Positions 15,869 to 30,390 of a DNA stretch of 64,000 nucleotides are shown in pieces. Within the stretch, counting starts at the first letter, position 1, and each line of letters begins with the position of its first letter. A program made the translations under genes and the position numbers. The notes beneath the pieces are model-generated. The model was not told the DNA's origin, did no database searches, and was given only the letters and a program-made list of their open reading frames with translations. Origin of the DNA: Octopus vulgaris (lineage: Eukaryota); NCBI GenBank assembly GCA_951406725.2, contig OX597828.1, positions 33,666,001-33,730,000 on the forward strand. Reading direction: 5' to 3'.

Positions 15869-16752
15869 ACATACACACACACAAGCATACACATGTACAT
15901 GCGTGTGGGGGGGATGTCTGTATATATGATGATTGCACCATCTTCGCAGACGTTTGTCGCCACTTTGTATCTTCTCGTTGTCGATGGCATTTCCGACTCT
16001 CCATCCATCTCCTTTCAGATAACTATTCGGTCCCATTACGCATTTGCATGGTTTGTCACATAGATGACAAACAAAAGCTGTGGCTTACTGTGCGCTTCCA
16101 GTAGGTTAGGTCTGCACAGGTCACCACACTTTTGTCATCTCAGGATTCGCAGCGGATCACGTCACAAATGGGGTCACCGTAAAGAGATATCTGTACGCCA
16201 TTGGATTATAGTGATAAACGCTTGTACAACCCGAGTGCCACTCTCTATGCCCTCGTGGTTAGTAACCAGTAACAGACCGAGGAGAAATAACCAATAAACA
16301 TATGAAACCGCAGGTTTTTACATCCGAGTGTCTCTCTCCCAGAAAGATATTGTGACAAGGGGTCCTTCACTCGCGGTCGTTTTACTGCATGCCATGACAC
16401 CATCCCAAGAGCCAGAGCATTCCCATAACGGGAGCCCATTATCGGATGCAGCTTAAAGTCATATCCAGGTCATACAACCCCCCCACCACCACCATACACA
16501 CACATACATACATATATACATACATACATACATACATACATACAGATGTTTATACATACATACATGCCTACATACATACGTACATATATACATACATATA
16601 TACTTACGGATATACATGCATACATACATACATACATACATACATACATACATACATACGTACATACATACATACATACATACGTACGTACATACATACA
16701 TACATACATACATACAACATACATACATACATGTAGATAGATAGATAGATAT

Positions 16753-16819
<67 letters not shown>

Positions 16820-16820
<1 letters not shown>

Positions 16821-17154
16821 GTTTCTTTATTGGCCACACAGGGCTGCACACAGATGGGACAAGTTACAAGGTAGAGCTTTACTTTTGGGGGATGAAAAAA
16901 ACAAAAAACAAAAAAGAAGGGGTGGCGTAGGTTTTCGATCAAGAGGGATCGTAAAAGGGAAGAAAAGAACAAAAAAAATTAATAAATAAATAAAATAAAA
17001 AATAAAAAGAATAAAAGGGGAAAAAAAAGAAAAGGAAAAGGAACAAAAGAAAAGAGAAATGAAAAAAGAAGAATAAAGGGGAAAAAAAGGGGAAGAGGAA
17101 AAAAGAACGATCAATAGGGATCGTGTATCACAGTGTTATGATATATGGTGTAAA
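16820..17154 (-). mobile_element. Tx1-clade retrotransposon, 3' terminal piece of a split copy
   Basis: Homologous to 26017-26245. Abuts (GATA)n at 16735-16819. Confidence 0.85.
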
Positions 17155-18150
17155 ATAAAGTACCAAATAATACTGAGGTTGATATTGTTAACAGTTTTTT
17201 GCTCACCGCAAATCTGAGATCTTGTGCCCTGTAAGAAATCAATATTATTCTTTTAATATTGCAGATGATGTTTAACAAAAGCCTAAACACTGACCGATGT
17301 GATATCAATCTCCACCTAAATACATTTCATCTCTTCTTATATTGACGATTCTCTTGGAAAAGACACAAATGTCACACATAGTTTCTACAACGGGACAGCG
17401 CTAGTGTTCTGGCTTCTCGCGGCCTTCTGACTTCAAGTCTACTTCGGTGATAGACTTAACCCAGTGACTCGGTTTTCGTATCTTGGTGCCTTTAGCAGAC
17501 TCAATTCTGTTGCAAAATTTCAGGTCAGGTATTTAGTTTGAGAATGGTTTTATCCTTCCTTTCCATTAATCACGATGCTCCTCAAAAAAAGCCATAGGCA
17601 CAATCCTTTCTCTTGATTGAGGGAGAAAAATGATTTCCATTCTTTCCACTGTAAGGACGGAACACTGACCGAAACCGTAGTGTGGCGGTCTGAATCGGTG
17701 TTAGTTTTATCATTTATCTTTTACTTGTTTCAGTCATTGGACTGTGGCCATGCTGGGGCATCACATTGAAGGGCAAGTCAACCCCTGTACTTATTTTTTA
17801 AAGTTTGGTACTTATTCTATCGCTCCGTTTTGCCGAACGGACCAAAAAAATTTTTTTTAAAGTAATATTCAGAAATTTAAGTACTCTGGGACTTAATGGG
17901 ATATTATATCTTTAGTCAGGGACCTTTTGAGTGGGATGGGCTACTCGATCCGAAGAAAATTCTTTCTGGCCCCACCTGCTACAAGGTTATGCGCTGTTTA
18001 TCTTGATATGAGATCACCTTGTCACGCATATATGGTTGTGATGCAGGTTCCTGGTGTACCATTATCAGATGGGTAGACGTGATGGGTATACTGGGATTCG
18101 TATATTTGTACTCCAGCGTGACTTTGATGGCATGCACTGCTCTCTCACTC
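17151..18150 (-). repeat. Right arm of the ~1-kb inverted repeat
   Basis: Reverse complement of 14211-15173, with a few substitutions and small indels. Confidence 0.95.
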
Positions 18151-18163
18151 AATAATAATTATG

Positions 18164-18237
<74 letters not shown>

Positions 18238-18242
18238 TAATA

Positions 18243-18569
18243 AAAAAATGCTTTCTAATTGATGTATCAATACCGGCAGATGACAACGTGTCTCTAAAAG
18301 AAATGGAGAAACTCTCAAAATACAAAGACCTGGAAATAGAGGTAACTAGAATGTGGAACCTGAAAACAGAAACAATTCCTATCATAGTAGGTGCATTAGG
18401 CATGATAAAAAAATATTCAGACAAATACATAACAAAAACACCAGGACTTACAAACACATATAACATACAGAAAATTGCACTACTAGGCACTGCACACATC
18501 CTACGCAGAACACTTTCCATACAATAACCATCAGAGCATCACAACAAATCACAGCACATATCCAAGGCA
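18243..18569 (+). mobile_element. R4/Dong-like non-LTR retrotransposon fragment (restriction-like endonuclease C-terminus)
   Basis: KKCFLIDVSIPADDNVSLKEMEKLSKYKDLEIEVTRMWNLKTETIPIIVGALG...QKIALLGTAHILRRTL is the RLE C-terminal signature (D-x-IP, KxxKY, PIIVGALG). It begins directly after an (AAT)n tract. Confidence 0.85.
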
Positions 18570-18963
18570 AGTAAGGTTTATCCGTGGGAAGAAAAGCCTA
18601 TGAAAAAGACCACTGTAACCTTGGTCAATATTGTTATATGTTACCACATTTGTTTGCAAGTGGGTAACCCTCTGTTTTCAATTTCTGGGTTCATAGGATT
18701 ATGCTCAAGGTGGCTTCGTCATTCATACGTGCCATCCGTGCTACATTCACCCATCTTTTTTTAAAACATTCGCTAGACAAAACTTGCCTCTCTACCCTCA
18801 CTTTCCTTTTCAAGTGGTACTTGAAGAAGTTGATGAGAGATTGACCAGAGAGGAAAGTGTTTGTCTCCAATCCTTTCAGACGCGTCCACCAGATACATTC
18901 TTTCGCCATAGCCACAAGGATGATGAAAATAGCTCTTCCTTCCCGTTTGAAGGAAGGAGGCGT
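18566..18963 (-). mobile_element. Tx1-clade retrotransposon, ORF2 C-terminus of a split copy
   Basis: TPPSFKREGRAIFIILVAMAKECIWWTRLKG...NDEATLSIIL is almost identical to the end of ORF 26394-27656. It is followed by (GATA)n at 18964-19231. Confidence 0.9.
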
Positions 18964-19051
18964 AGATAGATAGATAAGTAGATAGGTAGAGATAGACAAA
19001 TAGGTAGGTAAATAGATAGAGATAGACAGATAGGTATGTAGATAGATAGAG

Positions 19052-19172
<121 letters not shown>

Positions 19173-19376
19173 TATGGATAGATGGATAGATAGATAGTTA
19201 GATGGATAGATGGATAGATAGATAGATAGATAAATTGTTATTAACTCAAAGTTGGGGAATAAATCCATAGAGAATATATAGAAATTATGAAGAATTTAAT
19301 TATATTTTACAATATAGGAATACACTTCACCGGTTTCACATTAGATTTTCAATATATATATATATATACACACACA

Positions 19377-19408
<32 letters not shown>

Positions 19409-19425
19409 CATACATATATATATAC

Positions 19426-19531
<106 letters not shown>

Positions 19532-20221
19532 GTGTGTGTGTGCCTTCACTCTTTGGTCTTAGCATAATTACCTAATCAATGCAGGGAAGCAAGTAGAGTG
19601 CTTAGTTGGTGCGATAGGTGTGTGTTAAGATGGTAAGCATAACAAAGGTTGGAAGGGCTGGTCGAGATATTTGGAAATGATTTCGGTGGCGGGGTGGCGG
19701 GGTGGGGGGAGCTGTTGCAGTGAAGACGATAAAGTGACCAGGGTTGTTAGTTTTAATTTACATCATTTATTACATTTCATTCACATTTATTTCCTTTTCA
19801 ATAAAGCAACACACACACACCAACACACGCACACACACGCACATTCAAACACATTCACATATTTTAATCTTCATTTTCCACTTATACACTCAAGACAAAG
19901 GAATCCTTTTCCTTATACATTCACGTTTATTTTCTTCCTCACACACACACGCACGCACACACACACACACACAGAGAAACGCAAACACCACACAATTATT
20001 TAAACATACTTCATCCATAATTTGCTTCTTTTACACACACATACACACACACCTACTTAGGCACACTTCATACTCAATTTGCTTCATTCACTTCACCAAA
20101 CATTTCGTTCTCTTCATCTACACACACCTTCTTATAAACACATTTCATATATAATTCACGTCATTTACTCCGCCATTCATTCATATCATCCCCTACAACC
20201 ACACCCACACCCACACCCACA

Positions 20222-20272
<51 letters not shown>

Positions 20273-20639
20273 TATCATCATCATCATCATCATCCACTAC
20301 TACCTTGTCTCACTCATCACGCTGGCACACCTCTTTGCTTCTCTTATTACAACGCACACAAACATAACTCACTCATATATTTTTATTTCATTATACTACC
20401 TTACGCTGCACGTACCCCCCCCCACACACACACATACTTGCGCGCGCACACGCACGCATACGCACACATACACACACACGCACACTTGAAGATAACTCAT
20501 GCATCCATTTTTTTTTTTAAACCAATCTACCTTTTCCACGTCCAGTTTTCAAGCTTATCTGTTTTGTATTCCGGTCCTGATAAAAATAATTTCTTCATTT
20601 TCACCATTCCAAAATAGTGCAGCAGTGAACAAACATCTC

Positions 20640-22004
20640 TTGCCCTTCCATTTTTCTTTTCAGGTCATCTTCCCTTTCATCTCAGCTTTTCTGTCTTGGT
20701 GAAGAACTTTTCTCTGAAACGTCACTTTTTCTACCTTTCTCTTTTCCTGTGGCGTTTAATACATTGACTTTGAACTTTGATTTTTGTTGTCATTTTTTAA
20801 TGTGCCTTACGTTACTATTATTTATACTGAGATATCATGCAGACACACTTTTATCCCTGGATGTTTTGATTACACTATACCTATTTTCATCGACCTTCTC
20901 CATGTTTTACATTACAGCCAGAAATTTTTACTGACCCCACTGTCTCTGTTTGCGATCACATTTCCTTGCAACTCTCAACGCTTATCTTTACCAGAAACGT
21001 GTTATTCCAGTCACATAACTTTTTTCAGTCATCCTTAATCGCAATAGTATCTTTCATGGACTCTTTATTCACTTCCATACCACTATCCCCTTCACTGCCT
21101 CCATTGAGCCCATTCTCGGCCACTCATCTCGCCTACTCACGCACGCCACCGTTCTCTCCACTTGTTCATAGCTTCATTTAGGCCGCCATATTTTCCAGTC
21201 CCGTCTCCTTTTCTCTTTTATCTGTATCCCATCTATCATCCAGTCTATAAGTCTTAGTCAGCAACTATATGAATTTTTGTTCGATTTCTTCTTAAACAAC
21301 AAATTTCATAAACCCCACCAACGCGATCAAACCCTTCTTTCTCAGTGCTTTTTCAGTAATTTGCACTGGTTGTACCTTTACACGTAGTTGTGATCCTGCT
21401 CTCTGAAGGAAGGTCGATTCTGAGTCGAGGGTTCAGTTTCATACGCCTTATCCTATGGAAGGGTTTCAGACCCGCACTGAAACTGTGTGCTTCCTATGCT
21501 GTTTTAAGCTGTGTGCCTCTCTCGAAACAGGCGAGCTGAACACCAGCAAGTTTGATTGCTTCGCCAATCTGGGCTGACGTCCAAACATTTCTAAGTTCTA
21601 GATCTGTTCAGGTTGTATCATTTTGCTGTGAGCTGCTTCAATTTAAAGATGCATTTAAGAAACCAAAATACCTCCCTTTGGAAGTTGGTACATTTCACTA
21701 TCTCCAACGTCAACTCGCCGTCATCAAGTTGGCTAACAAACATGTCAGTGTTATGATTTGTCGGGTTGGCCTCTACAAGGCTGAAGCATTTCATCAATTC
21801 CTTAAACCTTGCTCTGCTTTATATTGCTCTGCTTTACATTGCCCTAACAACACACTCTGCGACCAATCTTTAGTTTTGTTATCCCTCTTCTCGACATGTA
21901 TGGAATATTTGCTGCGCGACCATCGCAACACTCAGGATAGTGTGCTACAGCTTGAACTTCTCTTCGCCACTTTCACCTGTACCTCACTGTTTTGTGGATT
22001 GTAA
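20640..22004 (+). mobile_element. Degenerate Penelope-like element (Neptune/Poseidon-type), internally deleted
   Basis: Ordered relic peptides: SHITFFSH (N-terminus), LSEGRSILSRGFSF (~21400), LAVIKLANKHVSVMICRVGLYKAEA (cf. IVIKPADKGGAVVVWRxDLYxxEA) and TFTCTS (linker before GIY-YIG). An upstream hammerhead-like gTGAAGA...GAAACGTC lies at 20699-20723. Confidence 0.65.
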
Positions 22005-23332
22005 AACACCATGATATTTCCTGAATTAGTTGTGAACTACTGACCTATTTAAAAGCAGTTATTACTGTCAGCCTTAACAACCGACTCAATTCACATTAAA
22101 ATACACATACACACCCACACGCATGCACGCACATTGCAATTCGCCCCTCTTCCACCAATATACTCATATATTGCGTACATTCACACCTTTGTTTTCACAC
22201 GAAAGTCGCTTTTTCGCTCTCTTTCTCTCCCCCACATACACGCACACGCAGAAACAACAAACACACACACACTTCACACATTATTCGCTTTATTTACTAC
22301 ATTAGATTTACACATACTTACTCAAGCACACTTCCTACTCAATTCACATCCTTCACTTCATAGCCTATCCTTCCACATACTTATACAACCACACTCAACA
22401 GTACATTGGACGCACACACTGTCCATAAACGCCTTGCCTTGTTAATCGCACAAACACACATTTCTTTACCTACCTACGCACACATACATACAACCATATT
22501 TCGTACAAACATACCTCACACAATACTTTATTTCAGTATACTATCTTATACAACACACACAAACATGCATATTTCCCTTAACCAACTTAACTTCTGCCAC
22601 GTCCGCCTGTCACAATTGTTTTATTCTTCTCTCTTTACTAAACGCGACCTCTTCACTTCATCACTGCTTGTTATCCATCACTCCAGTATGTTCCACAGCT
22701 GAACACCTTTCAACCTTCTATTTTCTTACCCATTTTTCTCTTTTTCCTTTTCAACAGCCTTCTCTCTTAACAACGTGGTTCTTTCCGAAACTGACTTAAC
22801 TTACCTTCATTCTATTCCTCCACAATATTTAATGCATCGAGGTTTGCATTTTGTCCAATTTTTTTTCCTTATTTTTATTAGATTTGCTTTAGACAAAAGG
22901 TTACTATATATACATGTCAGTAATTCTTACTTGCCTATTACTTTACAGTTGTAGTCTTTCATTCTGCTATGCGACCAGATGTCATTTTTTGGTTTTCTGC
23001 ACTTTTCGCTTTTTCGAGTCTCTGAATTCTCTTCTCTGTTCGTGTTTTTCTTCTGTTTAATAAAAATTACTTCATGAAACGTCAGATTCTCATCAATTTC
23101 AACCTTTCGGGTATTAAGCTTCATCCTACACTTCTTCGTGGGGTTTTTTTTGGGGGGGGGATCTATTTTTGTATTTTTCACTTATATTTCTACGCTTTAA
23201 AGATTTATATAAACTTTGTAAGTTCTCTTATAATTAATTTTTCTTATTTAAAATTTCGGATTTATCTACCTTGCTTTTCTTAACCAGAATTAATCATCAA
23301 GTTAATTATTCCTTTTCCTCACTACGTATGTC

Positions 23333-23600
23333 TGGAGGTGTGTGGCTTAGTGGTTAGGGTGTTTGGCTCGTGATCGTAACATTGTGGTTTCGATTCCTGG
23401 ATCGGGTGACGCGTTGTGTTCTTAAGCAAAACACTTCATTTCATGTTGCTCCAGTCCACTCAACTGGCAAAAATGAATAATCCCGTGACGGACCGGCGTC
23501 CCGTCCAAGTGGGAAATACATACGCCATGAAACCGGGAAACCGGGAAACCAGGAAACCGATAAACCGGCCCTTATGAGTTAGTATGACTCGAGAAGGTAA
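23333..23600 (+). mobile_element. tRNA-derived SINE family C
   Basis: A box TGGCTTAGTGG, B box GTTTCGATTCC, then ttcttaagcaaaacacttcatttcatgttgctccagtccactca. Related heads occur at 36920-37050 (minus), 40805 and 48645. Confidence 0.8.
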
Positions 23601-23981
23601 CTGCGTATGTCGTTTCATAACAAGTCAACATCAGCTTGCCATTTCAGTTAATACACAGTGTGACCCTGACTGTTGTCTTTAATCCTTCTATATTCAGTGT
23701 TTATTCACACACACACAACATATACACACAAAAAAATCTATCATCTTTTCTTATTTGTTCCATTTGAAAGAAAAAAATCTATTCTGATCGAAATATCATC
23801 GAAAAGTAGTAATAAAACATTGCTTTATTAAACTCGAACTGTCACCACGTTCAAATTTCTATTCTACTCCATGCAGTACAACGCTTCAAATCCTTCACAA
23901 ACCAATTTAAAACTCATACTAAACCTTGCCGAGATGCTTCTGAGCTTATTCTTTATGAGCTTATGATTGCTGTTGTTGTTG

Positions 23982-24084
<103 letters not shown>

Positions 24085-24391
24085 TCTTATTTTGGTCTAA
24101 TAATTCAGCCGTTTGGTTATTATTAGCTTCGCTGAAAAAAAGCAAAACTCATTTGAAAATGATTGTCATGAATCTGTTGTGAAAGCCAAGTTTTTACGAA
24201 TAACAACAAAAGCCAAAACCTGTGGTAGATACACTTAAACAAAGATAGCTTAGTGACTAAATACTGGAACCAGAGTTTGGTCGTAGCCTCCAAGTAGCAT
24301 TTGACTTTAGACCCTTCCCTTTCAGTCCTGCATTGAAAGTCAACGGCAGGAATCAAGGATCATGAGTCACTGTCTCTTCTAATTATACTTC

Positions 24392-24453
<62 letters not shown>

Positions 24454-24660
24454 TACTGCATTATTTAAAAATGATCTGTTTAGATCCGAATATCATAGAG
24501 AGAAAAGTAATAAAACGCAGATTTATTAAAATCACATTGTTACGACGTTCAAAGTTATGTTCAACTACATATACAGATAACAATACCTCGAATACGTGGG
24601 AGGTTAATTTAAAAGCTATATTACATTTAATCTAAACATCTGTGCGACAGCTACAGATAC

Positions 24661-24769
<109 letters not shown>

Positions 24770-25808
24770 TGTATGCATGCATGTATGTATTATTTTCTAC
24801 AAGGATTCAGCTGGTTGGCTGTTTTTTTTACCCATTTCAGAAAAGACGTTATGAAAACGAGAAATTGTCATTAACCTGCCGTAAACACTAACTTTTTTTT
24901 TTTTTTTTAGACAAAGCTAAAGTACTGTGGTAGATCCTGTTACGCATCACCTGATCAGCAAAACAAGGATTATCGGTGATCGAACACTGTAGAGACCAAA
25001 CTAATAGGAAACTCTTTGCAGAAATTAAATTGGAAGGCTCTCAACAGTGCTTCGATAGCCAACGGTTAACAAGTTTCTCAATGTTTTGCTTTTTTCTAAC
25101 GGTTTTTTTTTCTTGGTGTTGTTGTTTGTTGCTTATTTTGTTCCACTGATTCTTTTGAAAAAGGGTTTTATTTAGATTGAAATATCTTAGAAAAGAAGTA
25201 ATAACAACTTTATTTCATTAAAATCCCTTTTGTTACGACGCTCCAATACCTGTTTAACTTTATACGTTGCAATGCTTTGAATAGAAGTGCCCCATTCAAT
25301 CAAAAACTACTCACATATACACGAACACATAGAAACACACACGCGCGCACACATACACACACACATACATACATATAGACACAAACAGACATACCCATAC
25401 ATATATTACATAAATATATGTATGTATGTGCGTACATGTGTGTGTATGCGAGTACAGGTGGTTGTATGTGTGTGTATGTACATATGTATATATATGTATA
25501 TATAAGGAAAATGCACGCAGTTTACATAGTTTTAATATATTTTTATATATTTTATAAGTGAAAGATTATTTTTCTTTCTCGACTGTTTGTGTATGGATTA
25601 AGATCTTCTTATGAAAATACGAAATTATAATAATTTCAATGTCATGATTAACGAAAGCGAAACCGGTCGGCAAACAATATTTTAAAATATATTAAAACTA
25701 TGTAACCTGCGTGCATTTTCCTTCTTTTATTTTATATATATATATTTTTACATTACGAATCGCCACATGAGGATAATCGAGATTCTTCTCCTCCCTTTTT
25801 CTTATTAC

Positions 25809-25858
<50 letters not shown>

Positions 25859-25892
25859 CGTACATACATACATTTATGTATACATAAGTACG

Positions 25893-26016
<124 letters not shown>

Positions 26017-27510
26017 TGTTTCTTTATTAGCCACACAGAGCTGCACACAGATAGAACAAATTACAAGGTAGAGCTTTTCTTTTGAAGGTTTAATAAAAAA
26101 AAAGGAAAGGGGGGAGTTTCGATCAAAAGGGATCGTAAAAGGAGAGAAAGAGGACAAAAAAAGGGGGGTTAAAAAAAAGGGGGGAGAGGAAAAAAAATTG
26201 ATCAATAGGGATCGTTATCACAGAAATGTCAATATGAAGTGTAAAGGGGAGGACAGGTGAGGTTTACCCGTGGAAAGAAAAGCCTACGGAAAAGACCACG
26301 GTAACCTCGGTCAATGAAGTCACATTTTATATTTCTTTTTTTTTTTTTTTTTTTTTTTGCAAATAAGCAAATCTCTGTTTTCAATTTCTGGGTTCATAGG
26401 ATTATGCTCAAGATGGCTTCGTCATTCATACGTGCCATTCTTGCTACATTCACCCATCTTTTTTTAAAACATTCGCTAGACAAAACTTGCCTCTCTACTC
26501 TCACTTTCCTTTTCAAGTGGTACTTGAAGAAGTTGATGAGAGATTGACCAGAGAGGAAAGTGTTTGTCTCCAATCCTTTCAGACGCGTCCACCAGATACA
26601 TTCTTTCGCCATAGCCACAAGGATGATGAAAATAGCTCTTCCTTCCCGTTTGAAGGAAGGAGGCGTGACAATATTGACGATAGACTCAGCTGATAAACCG
26701 ACTCGTCCCACACGTGACAGCAGTTGTTCGACATAAGCCCACAGGTCGGAAATTGTTGGACACTGAACGAGTGCGTGCAGAACGGTTTCGTCGCTCTGAC
26801 CGCATCTCGGGCAGGTCGGCCCCGTGTTTCTCGAGCCGTGTCTGTAGAGCTTATCCCGAACGGGTAGCGCTTCTCGGTAGCACTGCCAGGCCAGGGATCT
26901 CTGGAAGTTGTCCATGGGCCCTGGCCCGAAAGTCGTCCTGAACAGGCGGGTCAGGTACTCCTCGTCGACGTCCAGGTTCGCCCCGAGCTCGTCGTCGTAC
27001 CTCCCCTCCACTAAACCCCTATAGAATGCTTTGGTTGTGCTGAAGTCACTTAAGGTCGACCCAGGACGGCAGAGTTGCTTGAGAGCAACGCGACACTCGC
27101 GGTGCCATTCGCCCTTCCTCGGCCTCTTTTTGATCCACGACTGCAGCTCGGTCATGGAGACGAGCTGCGGGAAAGCGTGCCTCACAAACGGCGACCACAC
27201 CTGTTCACCGTCGTCTACATAGAGCCAGAGATGTCGCAGTCTCAGCGCGTGTCTGCGCATCATCAACCACGGCATGCCCAGCCCTCCTTTTAACGGGTGT
27301 TGACAGCAAATGGATCGCCTGACCATCGGGACGCATCCTTTCCACAAGAAGCGAAAGAGAATGCGTTGTAGTTTGGTGATGGTAGGGTCGGGACAAGGTA
27401 CGACGGTCAGGCGGTAGTAGATGACGGACGCGATGTACGTGTTCGCCACCTCCGCTCGACCTTTTAGGGACAGTTTCCTCTCGGCCCATTGCCGAGCGAG
27501 AGTGACCACG
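26017..27510 (-). mobile_element. 5'-truncated Tx1-clade (L1 superfamily) retrotransposon with open ORF2 3' half, inside (GATA)n
   Basis: WAERKLSLKGRAEVANTYIASVIYY, GGLGMP, and the zinc-binding region WQCYREALPVRDKL..CPRCGQSDETVLHALVQC. The 3' UTR ends AATAAAGAAACA. GATA tracts lie at 25893-26016 and 27511-27617. Confidence 0.92.
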
Positions 27511-27523
27511 AATGGATGGATGA

Positions 27524-27617
<94 letters not shown>

Positions 27618-28050
27618 CAGAGACGGAAAAGGGAATCCACAAAATTCCTTATTCAAAACCGCTTAAATTGTTTCGAATCATTCTGGCAGATGTCACTCAT
27701 AGATTAGATCCTGTGCAATCAATTATCTTGCATCACAGGGGTAGAATGCTCCTCACCTCTGAGATACAGGTGCGAGAACATGTCGAAACAATTGTAGTTG
27801 CTAATAAAGAATCTCGTGAATTTCATTTTCTGTCTCTAATCTATATTAACTCTACGGACACTATGGAACTCCTGAGGTAAATCCAGTAGCACATGCATCA
27901 CTGCTGATGTTGACATCAGGTAACCAATATCAATGGGCGAGCTTGTGTGTAAGTGTGTGTGTGAGTGTGTGTGTGTGTGTGTATGTGTGTGTGTGTGCAT
28001 GCATGTATGTATATATGTATGTATGTATGCATGTATGTATGTGTATGTAT

Positions 28051-28416
28051 AGGTGTGGTTGTGTCGTAAGAAGTTTACTTCCCAAACACATGGCTCTAGG
28101 TTCAGTCCCAATGCGTGACACCTTCTACTATAGCCTCGGGCTAACCAAAACCTTTCAGTAGATTTGGTAGACGGAAACTGAAAGAAGCCCGTCATGTGTG
28201 TGTGTGTGTGTGTGAATGTATCTTTGTGTTTGTCCCCGCATAACCGCTTGACAACTGGCGTCGGTGTGTTTACGTACCCGTAACTTAGTGGCTCTGCAAA
28301 AGCGACCGATAGAATAAGTACCAGGCCTAAAAAAATAAGTGCCCTATCGAAGGAGGTGCCCCAGCATGGCCGCAGTCAAACGACTGAAACAAGTAAAAGA
28401 ATAAATGAATAAAAGA

Positions 28417-28417
<1 letters not shown>
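28051..28417 (+). mobile_element. SINE family A, diverged
   Basis: Homology to 6210-6613. Confidence 0.85.
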
Positions 28418-28477
<60 letters not shown>

Positions 28478-28559
28478 ATATCTTTCTTACTGAAACTGCA
28501 TGCGGTTGTTTCTATGTATGTGTGTCCATCCATGAATCAATCTTGTCTTCCCCCTGTTC

Positions 28560-28930
28560 GAAGGAGAGTCGTTTGGGCTGAGTTCTCATGCACCTTCTCC
28601 TTGCGGTCTTATCAGAAGGAACTGTCATTACCCTTTGTGGGTGGATTCCAAAGTGTGATCAACTGAAACAACGACTATTATCCAACCATTTCGTGCTTGG
28701 CCTACCCTTAGAACTCCTGCAGGTTGGCTCGACTTGAAGAATCCGTTTTGCGATTCTTAGTAATCAGATGTGCGTGGTACCGGTTGTTGTAACTTCTCAA
28801 TGCGGAAAATTAGCGACTCAACTTGAGAGACCCTCTGAACTGCGAGCTACGCACCCTGTCAAGTAATGTTACTGTAGAAATCCTACAGGGAACCCCCATT
28901 TCGGCCGCAATCATTGCATGCAATATTTCT
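28560..28930 (-). mobile_element. RTE-like LINE 3' relic
   Basis: Reads RIAKRILQVEPTCRSSKGRPSTKWLD, compare RxRGRPxxRWxD. Confidence 0.55.
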
Positions 28931-30146
28931 ATGTTGCAGAAGATATGACTAGCATATTTGTATCAACTGTTCATTGGGGTTACTGGCACCTGTAAAAGAA
29001 GTCTAGTTTGCGGGTAACAACTAAAATAACTTTGAATAAAACTGAAAATAAACATAAAACGGTACACGGTAGATGTAAGAAGAATGAAAAAATTCAACGT
29101 TGGGTAGAAGAAAAATGCGAGATGAGCCAATCTGGCGTCGGTGACAAATCATTCGAACTGTTTGGGTGACAGTACGTTTTGGCACTGAAAGCAAACACGC
29201 ACGCACACATATGCACATATGCATCGAGACACACGCGCACGCAAAAATATACACGTACAGATAGAGAAAACAAGAGAGAGAGGGGGGACATTACAATTTA
29301 GTTGTTGTACATAATTGACATAAAAGGTATCCCTTTCTTCAGACACATAAAGAGAAATATGCGTCCACACATAAACAGGAAAATTGAGAAGAGAGGCGGG
29401 CAGAGAGAACGAGAGAGAGTAAGGTGTGCTAGAGGGTAAATGAGAAGAGTGAAAAACTGAAAGAGCAAAATTAACGATTAACAGAAGCCGCCACCACGCT
29501 AACCAGCCTGACCGGCGCAACCACAACGTTATGTGCTACATACACGTGTGTGTTCGTGTGTGTGTGTGTGTGTGTATGTGTGTGTGTGTGTGTGTGTGTG
29601 TCAGCTGATGCATAGTTATATCAATGGATATGGGGATAAATGGATAAGGGTATCGAAAAGTGGATGGACATACATGCACCTGCAGACACGCGAACGTGCA
29701 TACACATGTGCACGCTCGAATACGCGCGCTCACACCCACACACATGCATACATACATACATACATACATACATACATACATACATACATACATACATACA
29801 TACATACATACATACATACATACATACATACAGCCATGTCCTGTGCAACATAGATACGACCGTATGGAAACTGCGGATACCGAAGATAATTTATATCTAG
29901 ATTTTGCTGGTGTGTGAGAGATTTATCATATCACGCACAAAGAGTTGGGTTGTATTTGATTACTGGTTCATTTATCACTGAAAAGAAAGAAAGAAAGAAA
30001 GAAAGAGGGATAGATAGATGGAAGTGTATGTCGACAGATACATGCATATGGATAGTTTTATATTTATGTGTGTGTGTGTGCGTATGCATTTATGCATGTT
30101 TATATGTACAGATATATAGATGCATACATACAAACATACATAAAAC

Positions 30147-30147
<1 letters not shown>

Positions 30148-30199
<52 letters not shown>

Positions 30200-30224
30200 T
30201 GATAGATAGATAGATAGATGGATG

Positions 30225-30287
<63 letters not shown>

Positions 30288-30301
30288 GGATAGATAGATA
30301 T

Positions 30302-30383
<82 letters not shown>

Positions 30384-30390
30384 GGATGGA
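30148..30390. repeat. (GATA)n microsatellite without an insertion
   Basis: Direct reading. Confidence 0.95.

Noticed and set aside
15930-16200. Minus-strand FVCHLCDKPCK zinc-finger-like peptide as a host C2H2 gene
   Set aside because: It lacks the His ligands and splice sites. It is more likely a decayed RTE 3' end, but too weak to annotate.
27511-27656. N-terminus of the 420-aa ORF as a real protein start
   Set aside because: The (YLSI)n stretch is the GATA tract read through in frame. The element is 5'-truncated at ~27510.
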